A DNA stretch of 61,117 nt from the NCBI GenBank assembly GCA_036489595.1, contig DASXFL010000067.1, positions 1 to 61,117 on the forward strand, given 5' to 3'. This DNA is from Solirubrobacterales bacterium. GTDB taxonomy: Bacteria > Actinomycetota > Thermoleophilia > Solirubrobacterales > 70-9. A model generated the notes under the pieces. That model did not search any database. It saw only the letters and a program-made list of their open reading frames with translations, and was not told where the DNA came from. This document shows positions 1 through 9,075 of the stretch, piece after piece (position 1 is the stretch's first letter; every line of letters begins with the position of its first letter). A program made the translations under genes and the position numbers.

Positions 1-1
1 C

Positions 2-898
2 ACGCTCTCCTTCAGCGTCAAGAACGCCAAGAACCAGCCGCTCTCCGGCGTCTCGATCTCCGGGACCGGCGCCGGCAGCTTCAGCGGCCGGACCGATTCG
101 ACCGGGTGCGCGAACTTCTCTGACCTGCCGGCCGGCAACTACAACGTGACCACGTCTGCCAACGGGATGGTCAACATGGCGGGCGAAACCTCGACGACCA
201 AGGTGTACGGAGTCCCGTCGGCCTCGACCCAGACCGTCGCGCTCTACTACGACTCCCCCGCGACGGTCGAACCGAAATTCGTCTACAGGGTCGGCAGCAG
301 CACCACCTTCGCCGAAGGACGAACCGATTCGCTCGAGGTCTTCAACGGCGAAGCCGGGAAGCTCGCGACGACCTACGGCACCGCGGGAGGCACCCGCGTA
401 TCGCCGTTCAAGGCGACGAACGTCTACCCGTTCACCTCGAAGACGACGGTCTACGCCGGGTCCTGCGAAACGAACAACCCCGATCCGGAAGGGAAGATCG
501 AAGCGAACCACGCGGCGATGGCCTTCGTCGAACTCTCGCCCGGGGGCTTGGCCCAGCCGACGATCCAGCTGCCGGCTCTCAACCTGACGGTCTTGAACGG
601 GACGACCCCGATCAACGGAGCGAAGGTCACGACCACCGACACGAAGTGCCCGAGCGCCACGAACGGGGTCAAGCGCGAATACACGACCGAAACCGGTGGG
701 CACCTCGCGATGCTCGTCAATGGCGTCGCTGTGCCTGACGCAGGCATGCCCTGGGGCGAATACAAGGTCTGCGCCTCGGCCAAGATCGGAACCAAGAACC
801 GCAAGCTGGAATCGACGGTGAGCGTCAAGAACCTCGTCGAAGGGACCACGCTCAACCTCAATCTCGCTAGCGGAATCGAAAACCAAACCTGTCCATGA
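2..898 (+). CDS. Exported pilus-locus protein; 5' end lies outside the window
   Basis: The frame is open from the window edge to TGA 896-898. The visible N-terminal part '...SGVSISGTGAGSFSGRTDSTGCANFSDLPAGNYNV' looks like a carboxypeptidase-regulatory-type beta-sandwich repeat. The protein is Thr/Gly/Asn-rich. Its stop overlaps the next start (ATGA at 895-898). 14 of 15 Glu codons are GAA. Confidence 0.55.
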   Translation, partial: TLSFSVKNAKNQPLSGVSISGTGAGSFSGRTDSTGCANFSDLPAGNYNVTTSANGMVNMAGETSTTKVYGVPSASTQTVALYYDSPATVEPKFVYRVGSSTTFAEGRTDSLEVFNGEAGKLATTYGTAGGTRVSPFKATNVYPFTSKTTVYAGSCETNNPDPEGKIEANHAAMAFVELSPGGLAQPTIQLPALNLTVLNGTTPINGAKVTTTDTKCPSATNGVKREYTTETGGHLAMLVNGVAVPDAGMPWGEYKVCASAKIGTKNRKLESTVSVKNLVEGTTLNLNLASGIENQTCP

Positions 899-1596
899 CA
901 GCGCGCCTGAAAGACGAGCGCGGGACGACCCTGGTCGAGCTGATGGTCGGCCTCGCCGCTGGCCTGGTCGTGCTGGCAGCGCTGAGCATGGTGCTGATCG
1001 TCGCCATGCGCGCCACTGCGCGAGTCGGCGCCAGGGTCGACGCCACGCAGCGGGCGCGCGTAGCCATGACCCAGATCATCGAAGAGATGCACTCGGCATG
1101 CGTCGAACCGAAGATGGCGCCCGTCCTCTCCTCGAGCAACAAGACCAAGCTCGTCTTCGTCCACGCGAGCAGCGGGACCGCCTCGGCCGTCGCGCCGACG
1201 CCTGTCAAGACCGAAATTCGCCTCAACGGGGAAACGCTCGAACAGAGGGACGTGCCGTGGGTCAGAGGCATCGCTCCGAACTGGGAATGGAACGAAGCCA
1301 GCCCGACCACCCGCCAGCTCCTCACCAAGGTCGGCCCGCCCACCTCCGGTGGCCCAATCTTCACCTACTACGTCTACTCGAACGGCGTGCTCGAAGCTTT
1401 CACGCCGTCGACCACCTCGTCGCTCGGAACCGAAACCGCAGAAAAGGTGGTTCAGGTTCAGGTGGCGTTGAACGCGCAGCCGACGAACCAGCCGGTCAAC
1501 GATCCAGGATCCGACGCGACCGTCCAGGACCGGGCCGTCTTCCGTCTCACCCCGCCCACCTTCAGCGAATCCGCCCCCGCCCTCCCATGCCAGTGA
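895..1596 (+). CDS. Minor pilin with prepilin-type N-terminal cleavage/methylation signal
   Basis: The N-terminus 'MTARLKDERG|TTLVELMVGLAAGLVVLAALSMVL' has Gly at -1, Glu at +5 and a hydrophobic helix. It is coupled to its neighbours by overlapping stop/start codons. Confidence 0.75.
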   Translation: MTARLKDERGTTLVELMVGLAAGLVVLAALSMVLIVAMRATARVGARVDATQRARVAMTQIIEEMHSACVEPKMAPVLSSSNKTKLVFVHASSGTASAVAPTPVKTEIRLNGETLEQRDVPWVRGIAPNWEWNEASPTTRQLLTKVGPPTSGGPIFTYYVYSNGVLEAFTPSTTSSLGTETAEKVVQVQVALNAQPTNQPVNDPGSDATVQDRAVFRLTPPTFSESAPALPCQ

Positions 1597-3269
1597 GCAG
1601 GCGCGAAAACGAGGACGGATTCACGATGATCGTCACGGTGATCGCAATGTCGGTGCTGGCGCTGCTGGTGCTGGTCGCAGTGACCGCGGTAAACGGCGAC
1701 GCCCAGCTGACGAGTCGCGACCTGATGCGGAAACAGGCGTACGAGGCCGCAAAGGCCGGAATCGACGAATACGCCTTCCGTCTGCATGCATACACCGGCT
1801 ACTGGTCGAAGTGCACGCAGGTCGAAGGGACGACCGCGGTCAACCAGGAAGGCTCGACGACCAACCGGCGCTCGGTGCCGGGGATGCCCAACGCCAAGTA
1901 CGCGATCGAACTGATCCCTGCCAACGGGCACATCTGCGACCCGACGAACCTGTCGACGGCAACGGCGACGATGCTGCAGTCGGCCGATCCGAACAAGGGC
2001 ACCTTCCGGATCCGCTCCAACGGCTACGCCGGCGAAAGCCACGTCGCGATCATGGCCACCTTCAAGCCGGCCAGCTTCCTCGACTACGTCTACTTCACCC
2101 AGTACGAGACCTCGGACCCGGTCAGCTACGCGACCGAAGAACTCAAATACGGCGCCGAACATCAGTGTGAAAAATTCATCCGCGAAGGACGGACCGAAAC
2201 TGCACTGAAGAACAAGGCCGGGCAGGTGATGAACACCAAGGGTGAACAGTATCGAGGCAATCGCGGCGAAGAACAGGTGTATTGCACGACGATCTCCTTC
2301 GTCAGCGGCGACAACATCAAGGGACCGATGCATACCAACGACGCCTTCGTCATCTGCAACACCTCCGGCGCCCCCATCCTGGGTCGGAAAATCGAAGATC
2401 CAATCGAGGTCGGCGCGGGCAGCCCGGGCTGGTACCCGACCAAGGAAACCTTCCTCCATTCGGGTTCGACGTGCGGCGGCAAACCGGAAATCAAGGGTCA
2501 GCTGCGGTTGAACTCGGCGGTGATCGTTCCTCCGGAAACCAACAGCGAACTCTCGACGATCGCCGAACCCGAATATCGCTTTTCGGGCGAAGTCTCGATC
2601 TGCCTCAACGGCTCGACGATGACCGTTGGCAAAGGCAAATCGTGCACCGAAAAGACCCTTCCCCTGCCGAGCAACGGCGTCATCTACGTCAGCAGCATCT
2701 CCTGCCTCGGGCTCTATACGCCGTTCAACCTCAGCTATTCGAGCACGCCCTCCGAATGCGGGAACGTCAATCTCAAGGGCACCTACTCGAAGCCGCTGAC
2801 GATCGCCGCCGCCAACGACGTGGTCATCACCGGCAATCTCACCAAGACCAACGAAGAAGGCATGCTCGGGCTGATCGCCAACAACTTCATTCGCGTCTAC
2901 CACCCGGTGAAGCTGCATCCGGAAGTATGCGAATACGTGAATGGGGTCAAGACCTGCCACGAAAACCTGGCGATTACCAATTGCGAAGGGAACGCGACCG
3001 GATCGATCTCGAACCTGACGATCGAAGCGGCGCTGCTGGCGATCAAACACTCGTTCATCGTCGACAACTACGACTGCGGCGCGCAGCTGGGCAACCTCAC
3101 CGTCAAGGGGGCGATCGCCCAGAAGTTCCGCGGCGCCGTCGGCACCACCAACAGCACCGGCTACCTCAAGAACTACGAATACGACGAACGGCTCAAGACC
3201 ACCGAGCCGCCGAGCTTCATCCAGCCGGTCAAGTCGGACTGGGTCATCGGCCGCGAGACGACCGAATGA
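1587..3269 (+). CDS. PilX-like large minor pilin / pilus tip-associated protein
   Basis: An ATG at 1587 is in frame with the long ORF and overlaps the previous stop. The N-terminus 'MPVSRRENEDG|FTMIVTVIAMSVLALLVLVAV' resembles the PilX N-terminal domain (no Glu5). The Cys-containing exported C-terminal region is about 500 aa. Confidence 0.6.
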   Translation: MPVSRRENEDGFTMIVTVIAMSVLALLVLVAVTAVNGDAQLTSRDLMRKQAYEAAKAGIDEYAFRLHAYTGYWSKCTQVEGTTAVNQEGSTTNRRSVPGMPNAKYAIELIPANGHICDPTNLSTATATMLQSADPNKGTFRIRSNGYAGESHVAIMATFKPASFLDYVYFTQYETSDPVSYATEELKYGAEHQCEKFIREGRTETALKNKAGQVMNTKGEQYRGNRGEEQVYCTTISFVSGDNIKGPMHTNDAFVICNTSGAPILGRKIEDPIEVGAGSPGWYPTKETFLHSGSTCGGKPEIKGQLRLNSAVIVPPETNSELSTIAEPEYRFSGEVSICLNGSTMTVGKGKSCTEKTLPLPSNGVIYVSSISCLGLYTPFNLSYSSTPSECGNVNLKGTYSKPLTIAAANDVVITGNLTKTNEEGMLGLIANNFIRVYHPVKLHPEVCEYVNGVKTCHENLAITNCEGNATGSISNLTIEAALLAIKHSFIVDNYDCGAQLGNLTVKGAIAQKFRGAVGTTNSTGYLKNYEYDERLKTTEPPSFIQPVKSDWVIGRETTE

Positions 3270-3372
3270 GACGGATGTTCTCCGAGTTCTAGGTAGGTCC
3301 GGACGAAGGGTCCGGGCCGGTTTGGTCGATGCAGAGGGTGTCGGGAAATGCGCCCGGCGAACCTTCCACGCC

Positions 3373-4464
3373 ATGGCCTCGATCTTCACCAAGCCGATCT
3401 CTGCGAAGACCCTGAAGGGAGAGGGCCCCGTAATCGGGCTCGAGATCGAGGCGGGGAGCGTCGGCGCGGTGGAAGCGAGCGGCGACGCGGTCAACGCAGC
3501 CGTGCAGCCGCTGCCGGCAGAGGCCTTTCGAGACGGCGAGGTGGTTGACCCCGACTCCGTGGCCGAGGCGTTGCGAGCGCTCTTCTCCGAGCACAAGCTG
3601 AGCAAGCGGGTCCGGCTCGGCATCGGCAACCAGCGCGTCGTCGCCCGGACGCTGCGGCTGCCGGCGATCGAGAACCCCGGCGAGCTCGATTCCGCCGTCC
3701 GCTTCGCGGCGCAGGAACAGGTCGCGATGCCACTCGACCAGGCCGTGGTCGAGCACCGCGTGGTCGGCGGCGTCGCGGGCGTCGAGGGCGCGCCGCCACA
3801 GATCGACGTGATGGTCATCGCTGCTCGACGCGAGATGATCTCGGCCACGCTGAAGCCCCTCCGCGACGCCGGCCTCGAACCGGTCGGCGTCGATCTTTCC
3901 GCCTTCGGGATGATCCGGGCCCTGGCCGGCGCCAGCGGGACCGGCGTGAACCCGGGCTCTGAGCCGGCCGACGGTGCCACCCTCTACTGCAGCGCCGGCG
4001 ACGTCACCACCCTCGCAATCGCCAAGGGCCGCTCCTGCCTCTTCACCCGCGTCTCGCCGGTCGGCCTCGACCAGACGGTCGACCGCCTCGTCTCGAGCAC
4101 CGAGATGAGCCACGAGCACGCGCGCATGTGGCTGACCCATGTCGGGCTCGAGTCCCCGCTGGAAACGATCGAGGGGGATGCCGCGACGGCCGCGCAGTCC
4201 CGGTCGGCTCTGGAGACCGGCGCCTCCTCGCTGCTCGACGAGCTGCGGATGTCGCTCGACTTCTACGGCGCCCAGGAGGGTGCGGTGCCAGCGCAGAGCG
4301 TGGTCCTGTGCGGACACGGGAGCGCGATCCCCGGCTTGGCGCAGCAGCTCGAACAGGGTCTCGCGCTCCCGGTCGAGGTCGGCCGCCCGCAGGCGCTCGC
4401 CGAGCTCGACGCCTCCCAGGTCGCCCGCCTGACGCTGCCCCTCGGGCTGGCGATGGAGAGCTGA
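3373..4464 (+). CDS. pilM: Type IV pilus assembly protein PilM (actin-like ATPase fold)
   Basis: 'MASIFTKPIS...VIGLEIEAGSVGAVEA' matches the usual PilM N-terminus. It is followed by pilN with a 1-nt overlap. The start is uncertain (TTG at 3322 is also possible). Confidence 0.85.
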   Translation: MASIFTKPISAKTLKGEGPVIGLEIEAGSVGAVEASGDAVNAAVQPLPAEAFRDGEVVDPDSVAEALRALFSEHKLSKRVRLGIGNQRVVARTLRLPAIENPGELDSAVRFAAQEQVAMPLDQAVVEHRVVGGVAGVEGAPPQIDVMVIAARREMISATLKPLRDAGLEPVGVDLSAFGMIRALAGASGTGVNPGSEPADGATLYCSAGDVTTLAIAKGRSCLFTRVSPVGLDQTVDRLVSSTEMSHEHARMWLTHVGLESPLETIEGDAATAAQSRSALETGASSLLDELRMSLDFYGAQEGAVPAQSVVLCGHGSAIPGLAQQLEQGLALPVEVGRPQALAELDASQVARLTLPLGLAMES

Positions 4465-5237
4465 TGCGGCCGATCAACCTGATCCCCGAGGAGGACCGGC
4501 CCGACGGGCGGCGGCCGCTGCGCACCGGCCCGCTCCCCTACGTCGTGGTCGGGATCCTGGCGCTGGCCGTGATCGGCCTGACGCTGATGGTCGTCACCAA
4601 CGGCCAGATCTTGGATCGCAAGTCCGAAGTCGCGCAGCTCGAAGCCGAGCAGCGGTCCGCCAAGGCGGAAGCCGAATCGCTGGCCCCCTACACCCAGTTC
4701 AACACCGTCCGTGAACAGCGTGTGACGACGATGACGAGCCTCGCCGACAGCCGCTTCGACTGGCCGCGGGTGATGCGCGAACTGTCGCTGGTTCTCCCGG
4801 CCGACGTCCATCTCAGCAGCCTCAGCGCCAGCGCCAGCCCGGAATCCGGTGAAGGAGAAGGGACCGGAATGCGGGCCGCGATCGCCGGCCCGGCGCTTGA
4901 AGTGGTCGGCTGCGCCTCGAGCCAGTCCTCGGTCGCCGGGTTCGTCGGTGCGCTCAAGGAGATCGACGGCGTCACCAGGGTCGGCGTCCAGTCGTCGGCG
5001 ATCGGTGGGTCCACCGAATCGGGCTCTGCGGTGGCCTCGACCTGCGCCGCGGGCAAATCGGTCGCTCAGTTCCAGATGATCGTCGCCTTCGACGCCGCGC
5101 CGACACAGATCGAAGGCGAATCCGAAGAAGAAGCGGCGGCGCCAGCTCCGGCGCCGGAAGCGTCGACCGAAACCACCTCTGGCGAATCGACGGAATCGAG
5201 CGAATCCTCCAGCAGCGGCGAAGGAGGGGCGGAGTGA
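4464..5237 (+). CDS. pilN: PilN-like bitopic pilus assembly protein with acidic Ser/Glu-rich C-terminal tail
   Basis: 'MRPINLIPEE' (the conserved PilN INLLP-like motif) is followed by a single TM helix and then a coiled-coil. It sits between pilM and pilO. Confidence 0.8.
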   Translation: MRPINLIPEEDRPDGRRPLRTGPLPYVVVGILALAVIGLTLMVVTNGQILDRKSEVAQLEAEQRSAKAEAESLAPYTQFNTVREQRVTTMTSLADSRFDWPRVMRELSLVLPADVHLSSLSASASPESGEGEGTGMRAAIAGPALEVVGCASSQSSVAGFVGALKEIDGVTRVGVQSSAIGGSTESGSAVASTCAAGKSVAQFQMIVAFDAAPTQIEGESEEEAAAPAPAPEASTETTSGESTESSESSSSGEGGAE

Positions 5238-6112
5238 TGCGCTCCTCGGGTCGCCTGGTCGTTTCGATCCTCGTCGTCGTGGCCCTCGCGATCGCCTTTT
5301 GGATGCTCGCGATCTCACCGAAGCGCGAAGAGGCCGACCGGCTCGGAACGGAAGTCGAACAGCTCACGTCGAGCGTCGAAGCCGCGCGCCGCGAAGTCAC
5401 CGCCGCGACCGCGGCGAAGCGGTCCTTCCCCGCCGACTACCGGCAGCTGGTGGTCCTCGGGCAGGCGGCCCCGGCCGGAGACGAAACCGCCTCCCTCCTT
5501 GTCGAACTGGAAAAGATCGCGAGCTCCTCCGGAGTCGAGTTCGAGAGCATCCAGCTGAGCAGCTCGGGCGGCGAAGCCCCCGTGGCCGAAGCTCCGGCGG
5601 CGTCCCCTGCGCCGCAGGAATCCGCCACCGGCTCGAGCGGCGCCGTGCAGGCCGCCGCGACCGTTCCGCCGACCGAGCTGGCGGCGTCGCTGCTGCCGCT
5701 GGGCGCCTCGATCGGGCCCGCCGGCCTCTACGTGATGCCGTACACCCTCGAATTCTCCGGCGGCTTCTTCCAGATCACCAGGTTCATCAGCAAGGTCGAC
5801 GACCTCGTCAAGACCGGCAGCGAAGGGATCGCCGTCGACGGTCGCCTGATCACCATCGGCGACTTCTCGCTCGACTCCGAAGCCGAAGGGGCCGAAGCCG
5901 AAGGGGTCGAAGCCGGTGGGTCCGAGCTGGCGGCGACCCTCTCGGTCACGACCTTCCTCAGCCCGCCCGGTCAGGGCGTCACCGCCGGCGCCACCCCCTC
6001 CGCTCCGGCGCCGGCGACGACGGAATCGGCGACCACGGTCTCGGCTCCGGGAACGTCCAGCGGAACGGCTGAAAGCTCGACCGCCTCCACGGAAACGGCG
6101 TCGGCGAAATGA
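5234..6112 (+). CDS. pilO: PilO-like bitopic pilus assembly protein
   Basis: N-terminal TM helix, coiled-coil 'EADRLGTEVEQLTSSVEAARREV', and a ferredoxin-like C-terminal part 'YTLEFSGGFFQITRFISKVD'. An alternative ATG lies at 5237, after the AAGGAGG at 5221-5227. Confidence 0.75.
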   Translation: MMRSSGRLVVSILVVVALAIAFWMLAISPKREEADRLGTEVEQLTSSVEAARREVTAATAAKRSFPADYRQLVVLGQAAPAGDETASLLVELEKIASSSGVEFESIQLSSSGGEAPVAEAPAASPAPQESATGSSGAVQAAATVPPTELAASLLPLGASIGPAGLYVMPYTLEFSGGFFQITRFISKVDDLVKTGSEGIAVDGRLITIGDFSLDSEAEGAEAEGVEAGGSELAATLSVTTFLSPPGQGVTAGATPSAPAPATTESATTVSAPGTSSGTAESSTASTETASAK

Positions 6113-7068
6113 ACTTCCTCAAGAAAGGGCCCGAGCTGAAGCTCCCGGGGCTCAAGGTCCCGGATTTCCTCTCCGACCTCTACTACGACCTGAAGGAACG
6201 GCACCTGCTACCGCTCGTCGCGGTGCTGGCGATCTCGGTCGTCGTCGTGCCGATCGCGCTCAGCCAGGCGACCGGGTCGGCCCCGGCTCCCGAAGAAGCC
6301 CCGATCGCGACGCCGAGCGCCGCCGCAAACGAAGCGAGCGCCCTCACGGTCGCCAAATCGGCACCGGGCCTGCGCGAGTACAGCCGCCGGCTCGAGGGCG
6401 CCCGGGCGATCGATCCGTTCCGCGAAGCCTCGGAAGCGGCGGCCTCCTCGGAAGCCTCGAGCGGTGCCGCCTCACCCGCGGGCGAAGCGCCCCCGGTCGC
6501 GGTCACCGAATCGAGCGGGTCGGCGGTGGCGGCGCCGATCGAATCCTCGCCCTCGGTCGGCTTCCCCAGCGAATCCGAAGGGAGCGGGACCTCGACGGTC
6601 ACCAAGACCAGGTACGCCTCGGAGACGGTCGACGTTCGCGTCGTCACGGTGCCGAAGGGCGGCGAAGACGCCCGCGTCAGCGCCAAGCCGTCGACCGAGG
6701 TTCGCCACGAGCTTCCGGAACTGACGATGCTGCCGAGCCGCAGCACTCCGGTCGCGATCTTCATGGGCACCAGCTCCGACGGCAAGAAGGCGCTACTGCT
6801 CGTCTCCTCCGACGTGCAGTCGATCTTCGGCGACGGCCAGTGCATCGTCGGTTCCCAGACCTGCCAGCTGCTGGCGCTCGAACAGGGCGTCCCCGAGACC
6901 TTCGTCTACGGCCCGCAGGCGCGGACCTTCAGGATCGAGATCCTGAAACTGACGAAGACGCTCAGCAGCCGGCCGCGGAAGGCGTCGCTCGGCAAGTCCA
7001 AGGACGAGGGCGCCCACCACGAAGCGCCCGAAAGCGCCGGCCGCATCAGCGCCGCTCAGCCGAGGTAG
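6109..7068 (+). CDS. Uncharacterised bitopic membrane protein in the PilP/PilQ position
   Basis: ATGA overlap with pilO. It has one TM helix (LLPLVAVLAISVVVVPIAL), a low-complexity Ala/Ser/Glu linker, and a C-terminal beta-rich domain 'AIFMGTSSDGKKALLLVSSDVQSIFGDGQCIVGSQTCQLLALEQG'. Confidence 0.6.
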   Translation: MNFLKKGPELKLPGLKVPDFLSDLYYDLKERHLLPLVAVLAISVVVVPIALSQATGSAPAPEEAPIATPSAAANEASALTVAKSAPGLREYSRRLEGARAIDPFREASEAAASSEASSGAASPAGEAPPVAVTESSGSAVAAPIESSPSVGFPSESEGSGTSTVTKTRYASETVDVRVVTVPKGGEDARVSAKPSTEVRHELPELTMLPSRSTPVAIFMGTSSDGKKALLLVSSDVQSIFGDGQCIVGSQTCQLLALEQGVPETFVYGPQARTFRIEILKLTKTLSSRPRKASLGKSKDEGAHHEAPESAGRISAAQPR

Positions 7069-7802
7069 AGGTCGATCAGCTGGTCGCCGGCCAGCAGGCC
7101 GACGATGCCGCCGAGCGCCAGGAAGGGGCCGAACGGGATCGCGGTCTTGCGGGCCGCGGCACCGTGGCGGAGGATGATCCAGAGCCCGACCGCGCTGCCG
7201 GCGAGCAGTGCCGCGAGGATCGCCGGCGCCACGGCCCGGCCGAGGAACAGTCCCATCGTCGCGGCGAGCTTGACGTCGCCGAGGCCCATGCCTTGGGGAT
7301 AGGCGAGGGCGACCAGGAAGAAGAGGAGACCGGCGCCGGCGCCGGCAATCGCCCGCTCGGGCAGTCCCGCCGGATCGGTCGGCGCAGCAATCGCGACGCA
7401 GAGGATCGCGCCCGCGATCAAGGCCTTGTTCGGAATCGTCCGGCGCTCGAGATCGGTGAGGGTGACGACCGCCAGCATCGCGATGAAGGCGAGCCCGATC
7501 ACCGCTTCCGCGGGGTGGTGCCGATAGACGAGGACGGTGGCGGCGAAGAGGGCGCCGACGGCGAGCTCCGTGAGGGGGTAGCGGATCGAGATCCGCGCAC
7601 CGCAGCAACGTGCGCGGCCGCGCAGCAACACCCAGGAGACCACGGGCACGTTGTCGTAGGCAGCGATCCGGGCCCCGCAGGCGGGACATTCGGATCGCCC
7701 CATGACGATCGAGATGCCGCGCGGCAGCCGGTGGGCGACGGCCGTCGCGAAGCTGCCGACCGCGAGGCCGAGGACGAAGGCGAGCAGGACGACGGCGATC
7801 AT
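7056..7802 (-). CDS. pilD: Prepilin peptidase (A24 family) with N-terminal Cys-rich DiS-P-DiS domain
   Basis: 'CPACG...RCCGARISIRYPLTEL', plus the two catalytic Asp contexts 'TLTDLERRTIP' and 'GMGLGDVKL'. Confidence 0.9.
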   Translation of the reverse strand: MIAVVLLAFVLGLAVGSFATAVAHRLPRGISIVMGRSECPACGARIAAYDNVPVVSWVLLRGRARCCGARISIRYPLTELAVGALFAATVLVYRHHPAEAVIGLAFIAMLAVVTLTDLERRTIPNKALIAGAILCVAIAAPTDPAGLPERAIAGAGAGLLFFLVALAYPQGMGLGDVKLAATMGLFLGRAVAPAILAALLAGSAVGLWIILRHGAAARKTAIPFGPFLALGGIVGLLAGDQLIDLYLG

Positions 7803-7851
7803 CGGAGGCGAGTTCTATCCGGGGAGGCGGCGGCGGCCGTCGGCCACCAGC

Positions 7852-9063
7852 CTAGGAAGCCGGTACGACCTTGAAGATCCGTTTCGCCCCGGTCTTCTCG
7901 ACGTTGCCGGCGAGGTCGGTGGCGCGGATCCGGACCACGTAGCGCTTGGGGCGAAGGTGGCCGAGCCGGAAGGGCGATGCGCACGGCTTCCATCCCGCCT
8001 TGTTCACTTTGCAGGCAAAGCTCGTTCCGGGCGGGTCTTCGGTCACGTCGGCGAAGCGGAACACCACCTTGCGCTTGCGAGTCTTGACCCCCGGGCCCAT
8101 GGTCACCCGAGTCACCGGCGCGGTCGAGTCCTCGTCGTAGGTGACCGGGCTCGAGCACGCGGACCGCTGCCCGCCGACGGAGACGGCCGAGTAGGTCGTG
8201 GTGGTGTTGTCGGCGACCTGCACCGCGAAGCCGGACGAGAGCTCCGCCGCGGAGCCCTTGGCCACCGGCGTGCCGCTGCAATCGCCGTCGGGGTAGAGGA
8301 TCACCGAGCCGGCCCCTGGAGCGCTGCCAGCGATCGCCGGGGAGTTGTCGTTGGCAACCGCTTTCGGGTTCATGTGGAGCTTCGGGGGTTCGGGCTTGCC
8401 GGTGGTCACACCCGGGCCAACGGATTCGGCCGGGGGGACTGCGCCTCCCGCAGGCTGCTGAGTGGAGCCACCGCTCGAGCTGCCCGTTCCGGCGCTACCT
8501 CCGGCTTCTCCGCCCAGGCCTTCTTCCCCACTTTCGCTCGGCACGTTCCCCTCCCAGTAGGAAAGAGCACCCGAACAAGCGGAGAATACCGTCGGACTAT
8601 TGGGGTCCACCTGATTGGCCGAGATGACCGTCAATGCGTTCGTCGGCACCGTTACCTGGATGCCCGTCGCCTCGAAGGTATCGGCGCGGCCGCGGCCGAT
8701 CGGCGCGCCGGCGCATTCGGGCTGAGCGTAGATCAAGATTTCGTATTCTGGGTGCTGCGTCGGGTTCTTAACGGCAGCCGTGCTCGCGCCCCAGCCGTTG
8801 AGCAGCGGACCAGTGCCCTGGATGACGACTCCGTCTTCAGGTTCGGCTTCGCCGAGCACCAGCGGAGTGGTCGTGCTCGCCGGCGAGACATGCGAGGAAG
8901 CTGGGCTCGTTTCGAGGATCTTCGGCGAGATCGGCGCCGCCGCGTGCGCTCCTGCGCTAGCAACCAGAAGCATCAAAACCGTAATTACAATGCACAGCGA
9001 CAGGCGGGCCACGATGGCCCGCCTGTCGTCAACTTGCTGGGGCATGTGAGTGCCCATCGTCAC
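7852..9063 (-). CDS. Secreted Ig-like repeat protein, probably co-transcribed with pilA
   Basis: Signal peptide 'IVITVLMLLVASAGAHA|AAP'. There are two related Cys-pair modules ('ILIYAQPECAG...FSACSG' and 'VILYPDGDCSG...RSACSS'). The C-terminal module is 'VVFRFAD...FACKVNKAGWKPCASPF...VRIRATDLAGN'. The gene starts 10 nt after the pilA stop. Confidence 0.7.
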   Translation of the reverse strand: MTMGTHMPQQVDDRRAIVARLSLCIVITVLMLLVASAGAHAAAPISPKILETSPASSHVSPASTTTPLVLGEAEPEDGVVIQGTGPLLNGWGASTAAVKNPTQHPEYEILIYAQPECAGAPIGRGRADTFEATGIQVTVPTNALTVISANQVDPNSPTVFSACSGALSYWEGNVPSESGEEGLGGEAGGSAGTGSSSGGSTQQPAGGAVPPAESVGPGVTTGKPEPPKLHMNPKAVANDNSPAIAGSAPGAGSVILYPDGDCSGTPVAKGSAAELSSGFAVQVADNTTTTYSAVSVGGQRSACSSPVTYDEDSTAPVTRVTMGPGVKTRKRKVVFRFADVTEDPPGTSFACKVNKAGWKPCASPFRLGHLRPKRYVVRIRATDLAGNVEKTGAKRIFKVVPAS

Positions 9064-9075
9064 CTGGTCGGCTAC

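Noticed and set aside
1458-3980. 840-aa minus-strand ORF, with similar giant ORFs at 22456-24924 (-), 49971-52340 (-), 56821-58584 (-), 5916-7874 (+), 28972-30633 (+) and many others in the track
   Set aside because: These are typical high-GC shadow ORFs. Their products are Arg/Gly/Ala/Pro-rich with no recognisable motifs. Each lies antisense to or out of frame with genes that carry clear family signatures and the expected third-position GC bias.
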